Shown here one piece after another: positions 1-49,400 of a stretch of 64,000 nucleotides of DNA. Numbering within the stretch: the stretch's first letter is position 1; each line of letters opens with the position of its first letter. Below the pieces are notes generated by a model that made no database searches, was not told the DNA's origin, and saw only the letters and a program-made list of their open reading frames with translations. This DNA is from Hydrolagus colliei. Lineage: Eukaryota. A program made the translations under genes and the position numbers. The stretch lies in assembly GCA_035084275.1 (NCBI GenBank), contig JAYJKW010000228.1:124001-188000 (forward strand), read 5' to 3'.

Positions 1-3000
1 CTTTATATAGGATTCAGCCAACACTTTGGGTAGTGTGTTTCACATTTGTGAAATACATCCTTCTAAATTCTCTTCCAGATCACCTAGTTGCTATCTTGGA
101 CCCCCAGTCACTATCTTAGATCCTCTCATCATTATCTTAGATTCCCAAGTCTTTATCTTAGTTGCAGACAGCAGACATTGTGAGTGGAATAAAATACATG
201 CTTGTGTTCTGAGGCTTGTGGAGCTGTCCAAAGGCAGGTGAAAAATATTCCCTTTCTGCTGAAGTGATTAACAACCCAAAATTCCACCTAGCCTTAGGCT
301 GTGAGACCAATTAGTTCTTAAAATTGACGATTATAGAGAGTTGTGGAAAAACTCGTAAATTTAATCTTAATTTGCAATTAGGTTCTCGAGGGGGCTTCTT
401 ATGACAGCACAGCCAGCCTGGCTCATCGGAAGGGCAGACCAGTCACGGGGGAGTCTTCCCACTCAGCTCCTGTAAGCTATGCAAGCCAAAGTCCAAAGTG
501 GTAGGGTGGTGGTCCTTGCTGGACATGCAGTGTGAACACTTGTCAGACAGTGGTATCAATGGAAAGCTATGCCATTTTAACTGGTTAGACTCAAGCAGTA
601 TTCCCACATATTCTGGAGTCCCCAAGCTTTGGCTCTTGCCAATCTGCACATAGTGCTTTTAGTGATGAGGTAAGGAAAAGGTGCACATTTCCATTCCAAA
701 AACCTATCTTTGGAATTTTTATGTGTAGGTGAGATGCTGGAAATTCTTAGTTTGGTTTGGATACTCTTAAGGTGTGGTGATGGGTGTCCACAAGTGTCAG
801 ACACTCAGCTGACCCCCCCCCCCCCCCACACACACACACAAACCAAAAAGGCTTCCAAACTAGATTGAATTCAAGAAATCGCCACAATTCTGTGTGATTT
901 TAAATCTGAAGAATAAAGTGCATAACAGGCTAAGGCTTGGCGTAATTTGGAGGGTCAGATGTTTATCTGAGAGCTGAGGAAAAACTTCACACTCCTAGCT
1001 TGGAGCGTGTGTAAAATATAAATAATAATAATTTGATATAGCGCTTCTCACATCTTATCGAAGTCTCAACGCACTTCACAGAATATGCTGTAAAGTGAAT
1101 TGATTGTATATTTGTGGGGGAAATATAGTTTAACTAAACAATTCCCTGTTGGTATATATGTGGATATTCACTTCATTCTGCTGTACACAATTGGCTGCCG
1201 AGTTTCATCCATAAAATATACAGTCAATTCACTTTACAGTATATTCTATAAAATGTTCTGAGACATCTCAAAGGCACGATAAGGCACTACATGAAATACA
1301 AAATTATTATTATTTTAGAACCATTTGGCCCATCATGTTTTTTCTGTCTTTTAGAAGGAGCCCCTTCAGTCCAATTTACCAGCCTTTCCTACTTTTACTC
1401 ATTTAAGTTACTCTTGTTTTAGATATGAATCTAGTTCTAGTAACGCTAATATGGATTCTATCTTAACCATTTCTCCCATCAGAACATTCCACATCCAAAT
1501 AATTCTCTGTAAGCAAAATCCTCCTAATCTTCTCCTTTTCTCCTTTGATAATTATCTTAAATGAATGCATTTCAGTCACTGATTCACTGACCAGGAGAAA
1601 TAATTTGCCTCTTTGGATCCCCACTTTCAGTGCTGTACATTCCTGAGGGTCAGATGGAGGTGGGGGTGGGGTTGTTTGGTGGGGGTGGGGGAAAGGCCCC
1701 ACAAGTTATCATCACCGGGAGCTGCGGAAGAAGAGAGAGCCATAACTCAAAGTGATTATTAAACTTGTCAGGAAACATGGTGAGAGAGTGTGAGTGTGAC
1801 TATCTTTGTCCTGAGTACCTGACACACAGGGAAGTGGACATTTTGCTGTACCTGTATTTGCAAAGTTCCTCCACATTCCACTTCTATGTTACTCTGTAAA
1901 AACCTTGTTTTTTACTAGCTTCTGTTGTGTATTAATAGTAATCATGATAATAATCAATGGTATAAACTCTCAATGCAGTGTCATTCACCCCGGGAAGAAC
2001 TCTCCAAGCACTTCACAGGGTTTCACTGTAAAGTGTAGTGACTGTGTGATTTGCAGAGGATTTTGATCACAACGGTGTCTCCACAAACAGCCACAAGCAG
2101 TTTTATCTGTTAGCCAAGACACCAAGAGTTGGCAAACTGAAGAGCTTTATTTTGAGCCTGAATTATTGAGTGATATTATGACCTGCTATGACTGGAAAGA
2201 GGAATGGTTATGTTGCTTTGTTGTAAAAGTTTTTGCAAAGTTATTCAAGTACCACTGTAATCCACATCATGGGTTTGACTTCTGTGGGGTATTTGATCCT
2301 GTGGTGAGTTGCACAAAGGAAAAAAAATTGTGTTCATGAATTAGACTGCCAGGAATTGGTAATGCGAATGAGGAAGAAGAGTGACTCTTTTATTGCAATG
2401 TTTGTTGGCTACCAAAGGGGAAGCTCTTGAAAGATTTGGGAATTTAAAAGTGCTTATGTTTAGGGGGAGAAGGGAGAAAGTATTGAAGACTGCAAGCTGC
2501 TTCAATTCAAAGACTGTCTCAGTAACCTTGCTTTGTTTACAAATATTACTGTTCATCTTAACAACCTCAATTGCAAGGAATGGATTGCCTTTTACCAACT
2601 TTAGTTTCTGCTTTCAGGGCCAAACTTAACCTGTTTTTTCAACATCGGTCATCCCCCTTCCCCTCCCTTTTCTCCACCCTCTTCGATCCAGGTCGGGTCT
2701 GAAACATTGACTGTCCAGCACCTTGGGACATCCTCCTCAGAAGGCACTTCACAAATGTAATTTTGTTGTGGTTGTTGTTGTAGTTTTATCTTGAATTGCA
2801 ACAGTTAAAAATGACAGTAACATCATCACCCATTTTGAAAATTATCAGAATGTGATTTCTTCACAACTTACAAATGTGAACAATCCCTTTCTACCATGAT
2901 CTTCAGACAGACCTTGAACGGATTGAGGAAATCCCATTGGCTTGATTTTTTTTTCCCACACCCTTCCCTATTTCCATTGTCAAATATTGATGAAATTCCT

Positions 3001-3862
3001 TTTTGACAGCTGCTACAGATTCTATCTCAAACATGCTTTTGGTCAAGTTTCCAGGGGAGAAATTCCATTTAGTCTAGATTTACCCTTTTTTTCCCCACAT
3101 TTTAGAGCATTCAGAATTTGGAAATTTGCTGAATTCAGTGTTAACCTTAAAGCCACTTTTAAATACGGTAGTTCATAAAATAACACAGAAAACTTGTTTC
3201 AAAATGAAGACTATTTAAGGAATTTGTTTAATTCTGCACTGTAAAATGCTATGGGCATAAAATAACTCTAAACTCAGGTCAAAAGTTACTCCTAATGTTT
3301 TCTAATAACTCTGCATTAAACAAATCTTCTGATCCTTTTTTTTGGTAATAATGTAAAATAGCATATAATAATATTCTCACACAAAACACACAGTCAATCA
3401 ACTTCACAGTAAATTATGTGAAGCAGTCTGGGACCTCCTCCCAAAGGCACTGTATCAAATGTAAGAATTATTACTTATTATTATTAATAATCATAAATGT
3501 ATGGGAACAGATTCACATACTAGTGGAAATAGTTTATCCCTAACAATTTTAATTGGCATTTCTCTGTAGCAAGAAAAAAGCTGGCAGTCATAAGAAAAGG
3601 ATAATGCTACCCTGATTCAAGCCAGCGTTTCCTACACTGTGGCCCTTACCCTGACAAACCAAGGTGGAATCGCCTCTTAATATAAGGATTCTTAACAAAT
3701 TTAGAAAAGGGCCAGGTCACATTTGATGTAAAAACCCACTATTGTAATAATGCAGCCAAGTTACACTCCAAACCAACAACTCCCCTCCTGCGCTACTAAA
3801 TAGGTGTGAAGATACGTCCGTGGAGCTAAACTAGAAATCAAACAGTGTTACAAAGTGCAGAG

Positions 3863-4498
3863 TAGGGTCCGGCGATATATCGATATATCGCTAAAACCCG
3901 ATATAATTTTCATATCGATACACCGATATAGGCGTTTCAAAAATATCAGTCGATATATCGAGGGAAAAAATCGGAATGCGCGCACACTGAACTACAAGAC
4001 CCAGAATGCTCATCTCTATACACAACACACAGACCAAGGTGCAAAGCCGCCATATTGTATTAATAGTACTCGAATACAATATACAGGTATGCAAGGGGTG
4101 GGTGGGGGGGAGAGAGAGACGGCGGGTGGGGGGGTGGGAGAGAGGGACGGCGGTGGTGGGGGGGGCGGGGGGGGGGGAGGACAGAGGGACGGCGGCGGTG
4201 GGGGGATGGGTGAGGGGAGAGACGGGGTGGATGTAATAATATACAGATAGATAGTGATGGGGGGGATGTGAGAGAGGAGAGAGACACAGAGACACAGACA
4301 GAAAAACACAGAGATGGAGAGAGTGAGTGTGAGAGACACAGAGAAAGATATTTACGTCCTGAGGAGATAGGCCCGAATGCGCGCGCACCCCGAATGAGCG
4401 TGCACCACACACGCATGCACAGTACGAAAACCTTGAAAATATCGATATGAGCCCATCGATATATCTAAATCGGAAAATTTCCATATCGACGGACCCTA
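3863..4498. mobile_element. Non-autonomous hAT-type DNA transposon (MITE), 636 bp
   Basis: TIRs TAGGGTCCG(G/T)CGATAT; perfect 8-bp TSD GTGCAGAG (3855-3862, 4499-4506); subterminal ATCGAT/CGATAT repeats. Confidence 0.92.
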
Positions 4499-5419
4499 GT
4501 GCAGAGTAACCACTTTATCCACTTCATGGTGTGTGTCTGAACCCACTCCCCCTTCCAACACTGTGACTCGGATCGGCAGATGAGCATGTTTCGAATATCC
4601 AAAAATATAAATGTGCTGAAGCACAAAAGCATTAAATTATGAATGAAACAATGTATTAGTTCATTGTATTTTAATACAAACAGAAATGTTAAATATCCCA
4701 TGGTGCTATTTGAAAAGAGAAAGGAGTTTCTTTCTCCCTGTGTGCTGACCAACAATCTGGTCATTCACTTCATGACATTTGTGGACCTTGTTGTGTACAT
4801 GGGCTGCCATGTTTGCCTACAAATTCCAACCCTTCACAGAAAAATCTTTGCTAGGTTTGCGACATGATAAAATGCACTTTCAAATCAAGTATGATTATTA
4901 TTTAATTTAAAAAACATTATGTTTGGGGTAAGATTTAAACCAACATATTCAATTTGTACAATTTTATTGCAGGACCCGAGCTGTTAAAAACAATGGGCTA
5001 CATTCAAGTAAAGATTCTCATTGCACAACAACATGAAATAATTCAATTATTTTGGAACAGAAAATGTCTTTTGTGGTCTGTGTGTGAACATCCAATCCTT
5101 TTGCAAATATCTTTCCTTGTCTCAACTATGTGAAGCAGTGTTTACTATGCTGATTTGAGCTGCCATGCGGATTTGGGGTCAGGTGTGCTACATGTGCCTG
5201 GAGCCGGATGAATTGTAAATCTTCATTCTTATCATGGACTGACAGCGAGAGGTAACAGCTTTATCTCCAGCTAATTCTAACAATGGTTATTACAGTACTT
5301 ATTACCCATACTGAAACAGATGGTACCTTTGTAAGTTAATTTGTTCAAGTCAGTGAACAGAACTGGTGCATTCTGCCTGGGTCACAGCCTACGGTACAAG
5401 GAATGTGTTGAAGAAGCGG

Positions 5420-5675
5420 TCAATTTTATTTGGGGGATTGTTGGCCATGTCACTGGAAGAAACTCTCTTGTCTTTTTGAGTAGTGCCATAAGATCCTAAA
5501 CATTCTTCTGAACATGCAGACTAGGCCTCGATTTAACATCTCCTCCAGCGCCTCTGACAATGCAACACACTCTCAGAACTGCATTTGACTATGTGATTTG
5601 GTGTCCCAAGAACGGGACTTCGCATAACCTTCTAAATGAGAGGCAAGAGTGTTCCCAATTGAGCCAGGCTGACAC
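5420..5675 (-). mobile_element. Older, more diverged tRNA-headed SINE
   Basis: TGTCAGCCTGGCTCAATTGG head on the minus strand; related pieces at about 11575-11705, 27220-27360 and 51570-51930. Confidence 0.55.
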
Positions 5676-6806
5676 ACAAAGAGTGGGATATAAATCACAT
5701 GATTTGCCAGGATAGAACTGATATAAAGGTATTATTTTTATCCTAAGCTTGACCTAAGTCACACACCATGCCTAAGATTGGAGAATTGGTAGCTCTCAAA
5801 CTCCTGAGATATATTCTACTGAGATGATGAGACGATGGTTGGGAGAAGGCTGCTTTTGTGACCTGTTATATGGTTTTCCTGCCTTCTTCCATGTGGAGTA
5901 ACCTCTTTATCCTGGATTATGTGCCCCTGATTGTGACTGTTGTATATGGGAAAAGTGCAATATTTGATCCTTACTTCCTGCCTTCAGAAACATGATGTGT
6001 ACATTTAACGATGATTACAGAATTGCCTATCTTTATGTGCATGAATGGAATTAATGGCTGAATGGTCTTTCACATACCACATTGTTTTACTATTATTTCC
6101 TCATGTTCTTACAATGCAGCAATAAAACACAAATATACTGTAAAATGGCTCCCTATCAACTTGCGGCTATTTGGTATCTAGAAAACAGAATGGTGATGAA
6201 CTCACTGTCTGAAATCCATGTCAATGTCTATATGTGCTGAAAAGAGCTACAGTCACTTGAAACCAATGGGACAAAGCTTAGTGGAACTTTATGTAAAATA
6301 AACAGACATAATAAATACACAGTAGCACATGGATATTACATTCAGAACACTGCAGCATAATTAATAATCAGACACTATTTATCGCAGCATATAACAGATC
6401 ATTTTAACTATTCATAATAAACTGATCTTTAAATTAATTTCACCGCTTCAAAATTATTAGCAATTATTTTCTTTTTTGGATTCAGATATAAACGTGTTGT
6501 TACCAACTAAAATAATATTCATCATTCTTGATATCTGTAAACTCCATCATGGAGCAAACTTTACATTTGTAAAAAAAAAAATCCTGCGTGGCAAATTCCT
6601 GTGTTCTATTTGCTGGTAATGCGCTCAGCAAATAGAAAAATGTTGGCTTTAAGACTCCCATTGCACAAAGAAGTCCTGGCTTAAAAGAATGGAGTTCAAC
6701 TCTTTAAGCATTGTTCAAATGATTTCATTGATATGTTTGAAAGAACACAATCCATAGGGGTTTTACACATAGTGTTTAAACATGGAGCACAGAGTCAAGC
6801 AGAACT

Positions 6807-42053
<35,247 letters not shown>

Positions 42054-42092
42054 GGTGTGTGGATGTCACACAAGCTCTAACCCAAGCTCTTT

Positions 42093-42154
42093 AAAGCGCT
42101 CTGAGACACCGTCCGGCTTGGAGGGCGCTATATAAATCAAAGTTGTTGTTGTTG
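42093..42154 (+). mobile_element. Short L2-type retroposon 3' tail immediately upstream of the RFX6 ATG
   Basis: Near-identical to 15419-15479: AAGCGCTCTGAGAC.CCGTCCGG..TGGAGGGCGCTATATAAATC.AAG(TTG)n. Confidence 0.8.
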
Positions 42155-42467
42155 TAACCCTAACCCTAACCAGTGAGCACTCTCTGCTGACAGCCAAGAA
42201 TGCAATCTCTGCCCCTCACTCTCTCCCTCTGTCTCTCTCCCTCTGTCTCTCTCTTCTCTGTCTCTCTCCCTCTCTGTCTCTCTCTCTGTCTCACGGCTCC
42301 TGCCTGAAAATCTTCACATCATCTGATGAACGAATAAATCCCTGGCTCTGACCTGACCCTCAGCATCCACTGTGGGCTAACTGGGCCATCATCACAGGTC
42401 ACCACTGGGCAGAAACCACCCCAGCTCAGGCACTCACTAAAGCCATCTCAGCCTCCCCTCAGGTACT

Positions 42468-42610
42468 ATGTCTGTCTCTCTGTCTCTTACAAAGTACACT
42501 CTGATACTCAGATACTCTGTCTGTCTGTCTGTTACAAACTATACTCAGATACTCTCTGTCTGTCTGTGTGTTACAAACTATACTCAGATACTCTGTGCGT
42601 CTGTCTGTCC
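42468..42610. repeat. Minisatellite, ~37-39-bp unit, about 3 copies
   Basis: Repeating TTACAAACTATACTCAGATACTCTGTCTGTCTGT. Confidence 0.85.
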
Positions 42611-45249
42611 CACAGCTCTTGTGAACACCCTGATGTGTTTGCACACTGTGGATATATCACAATCAGAGCCAGGTGGGCAGGTGTGAGAGAGCAGCCAGCC
42701 TTTTACTGTGAAAGGGAGACACCAAAACATTGCCCATTAAACCCGGTGGTCACCTCCTCCCTCCCCGGTGATGAATTAGGTTTATTTATCATTCTGGGGA
42801 TAGGTGGAGACACAGATCAGATCCACCCCCCACCCCCCCACACACACACTCTCAAAAAATATATTAATCATTAACTGAGCGAACATTAGTCCACCATTCT
42901 GGCTGTGAGATGTGTGTTTACCATTATGTTTTTATATCTTGATCCATACTGCCAATGGTACAGGGATGGAGAGAGCACAAAACAATATTTTACTGCAGCT
43001 ATTGTGTGTGTGGGTATATATATATATATCTATATTCTGTACGTCTGTGGAAACGTGTCACACAAAGACAAAAGGATTTCACACCTAAATGAGCACAGTT
43101 TTCCCCAAACAACTTTATCGCCTGTGATCAGGACTTAGAATCAATTCCCCATCCCACTCATTGATTTTGCTTCACACACAGTAGGTGTGATGACCTTGTT
43201 CTCGGTCTATACCCACAGAATTCAATGGCCAAGGATGGACATCAGGCTGGGCACTGGGGGCAGGGAGTTTTCTCACTCAAGCAGTGGAACAGATGGCAGA
43301 TACTGGACTGCTTTCATTGGCAAGCTACACACCTGGAGGAGGCGGAGGTCCAAATCTTTTGACTCTTTCTGAGCTGTACCTAATACTCTCTGGGAATAGA
43401 CAACAACCAACAACAAAATTATAGAGCACCTTTCACGTTGGGAGGAAGTCCCAAAGCATTGATAGGGAGCAGGATGAGAGAGAGAAAGAGAGAAAGCACC
43501 TATTTAATTCCAGACATATTTAGCTGGCACACACAGCCTGGGTTCCATCTCCAGATCTCTTTCTGGGGTGAGTGGTCGGTAGATGCACGCGCCTGGCAGG
43601 TTTGGTTAACTTTCAGCCCCAAATTGACTTTCGCATAAGGCTTACACATGAAGAATAGTCTCTTGAGCAAGGGAAATCAAATCCATTGTAACCAAAGTCA
43701 TATGCTATGGTCACAACACTTTCCACTTGCGCTGCACGATCTGTAATCCATCCCTGCAGGCCTCATTTGAGTGAATAACTTGTGACTCAGCACTGTAGTC
43801 TCACCCATTGCAAAGAGCATCAAGGAAAAAATACAAGGACCATGCATAGCATGTACCAGCCCATGCTTGTACAGTATGTCAGCCTACATATTTGACAACA
43901 TGTCAGACCATATGTGTACACTCTGTCAGCCCATTTACACAGTCTGTCAGATCACAGATACACAGTGAACACCCGTGCTCATAACAAACTAATTGGCAGG
44001 AACTGGAACCACTTCAAGCAGCAGCAGTCAGATAAGCTCTGCTACGACATAGGCATAATATTCCTTCCTCTTCCACTCTAGATAAAGCATGTTTCAATGT
44101 AAGGGACGTCCTCCCAATATGAAATGCGTTCTACAAATATAATTTTGTTGTTTGCTGTTTTTGCCTATGTTGCATATTCCGACATGGAATTGTACCCCAG
44201 GAATTGTACCAAGAAGGAAAGAAGAATATTTTCAAAACATTACTGGGAGAAAATGAAATCCAATATTATACAGACAATGTGAATGAAATGAGAGATTATT
44301 GTTCAATCACAGTGCAAAGAAAGGTATTAGGAATTGAAAGTGCTTGCTCGCAAATCGAAACAGATTATTTTATTAATATCTAATTGGTGAAATAATGTTA
44401 ATTAAGATATTCATCTCTGGAGCTCCACATTCAAAATATATCAATTGCGTCGATATGCTTCTGATGAGAAAGGTACTTTTGACGTTAAACTTGTTACCAG
44501 AGCTGGGGATACCTTCCAGTTCCAATGTGTTCATTGTTTAATCTTGGTGGAAATGCAACAGGGATCTTGATAATCTTTTTACAAATCAGGTGGGAAGATG
44601 TTTTGTTCAGTCTTTGCTGTAGTATAGAAAGGATTTATCAGGCTGATCAAAAAAGTCTGCAATCAACCTGTAAACAAACCATAAACACAATCTACTTCTA
44701 TTCATATCAATTTGAATGGACCTGTTTCTGACTTGAAAGGCACTATATACATATCATTTGCATAGTATTGTATAATTTTCTGCTTCATAGATATTGATAA
44801 ATAGTGGTCTGTCAGCCCATTTACACAGTCTATCAGATCACAGATACACAGTGCAACTGCATCAAAGCTGCTAATTTTTCACAACTTTAGAATATAAGCT
44901 ACTGCCTAAAGTAATACAGTATGTGAAAATATATGGGCCAAACGTTAAAAAGTTTGGGATTCTTTTCGAAAATCAATGTAGATCAACTATTTTGGGCGCA
45001 GAAAGCCTTCCCAAAACATATATAGTACAGTGGAATCTGCTTTTGCCAAAACCCAGTTAACACCCGGACATCAGATAAATCAAACAAAATGCCCATCATT
45101 TTATATTGTTTTAAATATGCCTGTTGATTATGATGGAAATCTGGTTCATCCGGTCGAAATGCCGCATTGATCTCTGTTGAATGTACTGACTCAGGCCTTC
45201 TGAGTATCCAGTGACTGCATCTAGGCCGGAGTAAATGGGAGAAGTTAAA

Positions 45250-45412
45250 TTGTGATTGATAGAGGACTCCAGCCATTCACAAGAAGCTGGAGTTGGGCTG
45301 CTGATCAATCAGGGTCAGAGGAACAGGGAAGAACGAGGCAGGGAATATCGTGATTGATTGACAGCGGAGCTGCTTGTGAATGGATGGAGCCCACCCATTC
45401 CAAGAAGCTGCA
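45250..45412. promoter_or_regulatory. Candidate enhancer with clustered PBX/HOX- and MEIS-type motifs
   Basis: TGATTGAT at 45253 and 45351, its reverse complement at 45304, TGACAG at 45359. Confidence 0.35.
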
Positions 45413-46351
45413 AATTATTTTTTTAATCAGGTCTTTTCTACTTAATTTAATTTATTTTCATCCCATGTCTTTTATATCTCTTATTTATTTTAAGTCTAAC
45501 CCATTGCAGTGTTTTGTCCTGCAGATTATTTTCTGTCATTCTATATTTTTCTGTTTATTAGTTCAGCAGAGTATGCAACATGTTAATTGCTGAACATGTT
45601 ATATTGTATAACATATAATATATACAGCAAATGCATATATTCAAAAATATATATTCAGCAACCCTCTTGATTCCAAGAAAATATTATTTCTGAAAATATT
45701 TTATTTTTAATGTTAGAGGGGCAAAAATAGCCATCTTTTGTTTTGAAAAATGTTACAAAAGATACTTCCAACAATACATTGGTATAACATATTGCTCCAT
45801 TATTACATTGTTGAAACGTCTCAAAGCTCTTCACAGGATTTACTGTGATATGTAACAACTGTGTTTGCAGGTGAATACCTTGTATGTGAATATTACCTAT
45901 TGATATGTAAACATCATGATTATAATCATATGATTATGAATATAGACAGTAACCAGAAAGCTTGCACTTTGAATCTCTGAATTAAACAGATTTTAATTGA
46001 AAGAACAGATTTGTTTCAAAATACTAATTCTCAATTTAATCTTGTCTGTTAACCTTTACCCATGTGATTGATGGAGCTGTTTAAACCTGCATGTTCTTTG
46101 GATGTTTTTAAGTTGTTAAGTGCACTGCATTTTGTTTGCTTTTACCAGGGCAGTCATCCTGAACTAAACATTAACGCGATTAAAGGGATGAGGTGAGCAA
46201 CAGTGAACTGAATTAGGCAGGAACTGAAAGTAAAACAAGCTAAAACTAGTCAGGGATTCATTTACTTGGTACATCTGAAATAGTAATACAAAAATGTTGT
46301 ACTAAAGTTGGTGTCATAGAAATAAATCTATACCAGGTTTAAATCCTATCA

Positions 46352-46450
46352 GGTAGCTCAATCGGTTGACTAACAGACCTGGAATCAGAGGCATCAATCT
46401 TGATTGCCAGCGGGTTCACTCAGCACTTCATCCTTTTGGGGTTGATAACA
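46352..46450 (+). mobile_element. Degenerate tRNA-headed SINE of another family
   Basis: GGTAGCTCAATCGGT A-box-like head, then TTCACTCAGCACTTCATCCTTTTGGGGTTGATAA, which resembles a conserved SINE central domain (from memory). Confidence 0.4.
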
Positions 46451-49400
46451 ATAACTTCCACAATTAAACACATATCCGCTTTGAAAATGTAAGAGAGGAC
46501 TCCCTGGAGTCGAACGGGCTGAGAGGTTCATTGAAGAATTTTGACTCTGCGGACATATTTTTATCCTATAAACCATAGCCCCGATGAGTAGATCCTCCAT
46601 TGCTGAACACATGCAATACGGTGTAACTTAGTAAAGCTGCCTGGTAACTATTTATCTTCGATGAACACTCACTTGCCACATTGCTAATTGAAGTGGAGGC
46701 GCAGGCTAATTTTCTCTTCCTTGCCAAGAAATTGTAGCAATTCAATTAGCTAAATCAGCCTAGAATTGTGTTCTAACCTGGTAGGTACATGGTGCATTTT
46801 CTCAATCATCCAATAGGGTGTCCTCCAATATTACAGTTTAGCTAAAAGCACAGATTGTATTTGATAAGTATAATAAAACGATTCAGAACAATACAGCCTC
46901 AGTTATACTCTGATTCCTCTTGGTTTGGAGTTGCTCCAAGAAAAGATCTCTGCACATGTTGAACTTAAATATAGCTCTGAGACTCACATAACTGAACTGG
47001 TTTAAAGATGAGAAAATAAAATTGTGGGGAAACGTTACCCAGGTCTTTAAAATGCTGATATGATGCAATGATAACTTGAATTGAGATCATAGAAGGAGGG
47101 AATGAGTATAAAGTTAACATGCCACAAGCAAGATTTGAGAATAGCATTGTTTTCACGCAAGTCAGTGACCATGTGAAACAAAATTATATGTATCCAGCAA
47201 TGGACTCTCTGCTAATTAGGGCTAGGGTTCACAGGATTAAAAATATGACCTAAATTCTACACTGAAATGCATGTCATCCAGTGTGACAATCAGAGGGAGG
47301 CTTTTGAACGAAGGAACTCTTGAGCTGAGGGCTTTGTCTTCTGAAAACAACAACAACAAAATTACATTTATAGAGCGCCCTTCATATCGGGATGATATCC
47401 CAAAGCGCTGAACAGACAGGTCGGGACCTGAGCAAGGGTCAGGGTAGAGGGAGGGGAGGGAGAGAATTAGGAGGGGAGGGAGAGAGTTGGGAGGGCAGCA
47501 GCAGGTACGATCGAAGAGGAGGGTATGGAAATCGGCCTTGAAGGATGCAAGGGAGGAGCGAGGTGAAAGGACTGTAGGATAGTATTCCAGAATGTAGGGG
47601 CAGAGAGGCTGAAAGCCCATCCACCAATAGTAGAAGTGCTTTTCCAAAAAGTATTTTTTGGGAGAGAGAGAAATGGAAAAGAATTGTGGATCACTTTTGT
47701 TACAAAACCATCCAATGTGAGTGAAGTGATGATGTCCTTTGATGCAATTTATATAATTGTGCTGAGCGTTTGTAAGGAAATGGTGCATCTATAAGTAGAA
47801 ATTTAGACTTCCAAAATAAATCTGTTGGATTCGCCCATGGAAGTGACAGGCAAAACTGTACCCCATTGAGGTGACCAATAGCTCATGTATAGGTCCTTTA
47901 CTCATACTAAGAAACTGGCAAGCAAGTAAAAATAAACTGAGATCTGTAGAACTTAGTAAACAAGTGCTTTATTCAAACAGTCAAGCACTCGAGTTGTTTT
48001 TAACTTTTTCTCAAAAAAGGTTAGATTGCAGCACACTAACGTTTCCTCAGATAAAATCCAATGGAAACAAACCAAATGAGTTGAACATTAATAGAAAGGA
48101 TATAAAAAGTTAGAATACTTTGTGAGTCTTCATGCATTGTGTAATTATAATCTATCACTGGGCTGCTTTTCCAATGTTTTATTTAGATTGAAATCTCTAT
48201 AACGTAGCCATGCCATTCACAGTACTGTACTGTACATAGGATTATAAGAACATAGTAGTGGGAGTTGGCCATTTCAGATCTTCAAGAATATTTCGTTATT
48301 TAATTAGATCATGGCTGATCTGTACCTCAACTAATCCTTTCAAACTTAGGTACAAACGTAATTATCAAAGTAATATGGTGGTATTAAAGTATGACCAGTA
48401 ACAATCTACAGAATGTCCGTAGTATATCTGTAGTATATTAAAAGAACAAGTAGATCAAACAAATAATAGCGAGACAGTAAGTCAAAGCTCCAATGATTCA
48501 ATACTGTACAGTGAGATTTGACCTTTGACTGAGGTGTAATAGAAAAATTGAAAGCCTGTGTTTTTTTTAACCTGTCCTGTATCACATGAAGATGGTATGA
48601 TTTTCATTTTTTTAATTCATTTTTTTACAGAAAACTGGAAGCAACACATTTAACAGGGAAGGTGCTATACAAGTGCAAACTGTTATTTTTAGAATGAGAC
48701 AGTGAATTAATCCTTGATGCAGAATCTACTTCTCCCTCCTCATTCCCCCAGACTAATTCTGTCTTTTCTAGCCTTTGTTCAGAGGCTCCGACCTGCTTGT
48801 TGGACAACAAAACAAGTAACAAATGCCAGTTAGAAGGCAGGATCACAAATTATAGATGCTTAAGTATCCTCAATTCTATAACAGTGAACAAAACATGCAA
48901 GCAATGAAACAGCCCACTGTTCTCTCTTGCAGTATTTAGTAACAGTTAAAATAAAAATAAGTTAGTAGAGACAGAACATACTAAATATACTGGTACATGG
49001 AACACAGACATGGCTAATTTATATGGTGACAGTGAAGTGCTTCATTTGTTCAAAATTGCTATCTCAGTTTCTGATATTCCAGATTAGAACATTAATATTC
49101 CTACAGATTAAGGTTTTATTTCACAACCCAGATTAGTTTGGCTGAGATTAACAATTCAGTATCATGAGAGATTGACCCTGCCCTCCTCACACCTCCTATA
49201 TACTGTGGCCGCAATTATACAAACTGGCCCTTCATCAGATTGTTTCATTGTTAATAAACTACTGACTAAGAATATTAATAGATCAGTCTTGCAAATCTCT
49301 CACTGAACAGAAATGGTTTAGTGTAATAATGAGGGAAGGATGCTGCAGTGACTTGCTCTGTAATCCTAACATTCTACAACTGAATATGTCTGATCACTCA

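Noticed and set aside
3855-4484. Overlapping 100-197 aa Gly/Pro-rich ORFs
   Set aside because: Artefacts of G-run and GA low complexity inside the hAT MITE
42468-42610. CRISPR-like periodic repeat
   Set aside because: No unique spacers, eukaryotic context; an ordinary minisatellite
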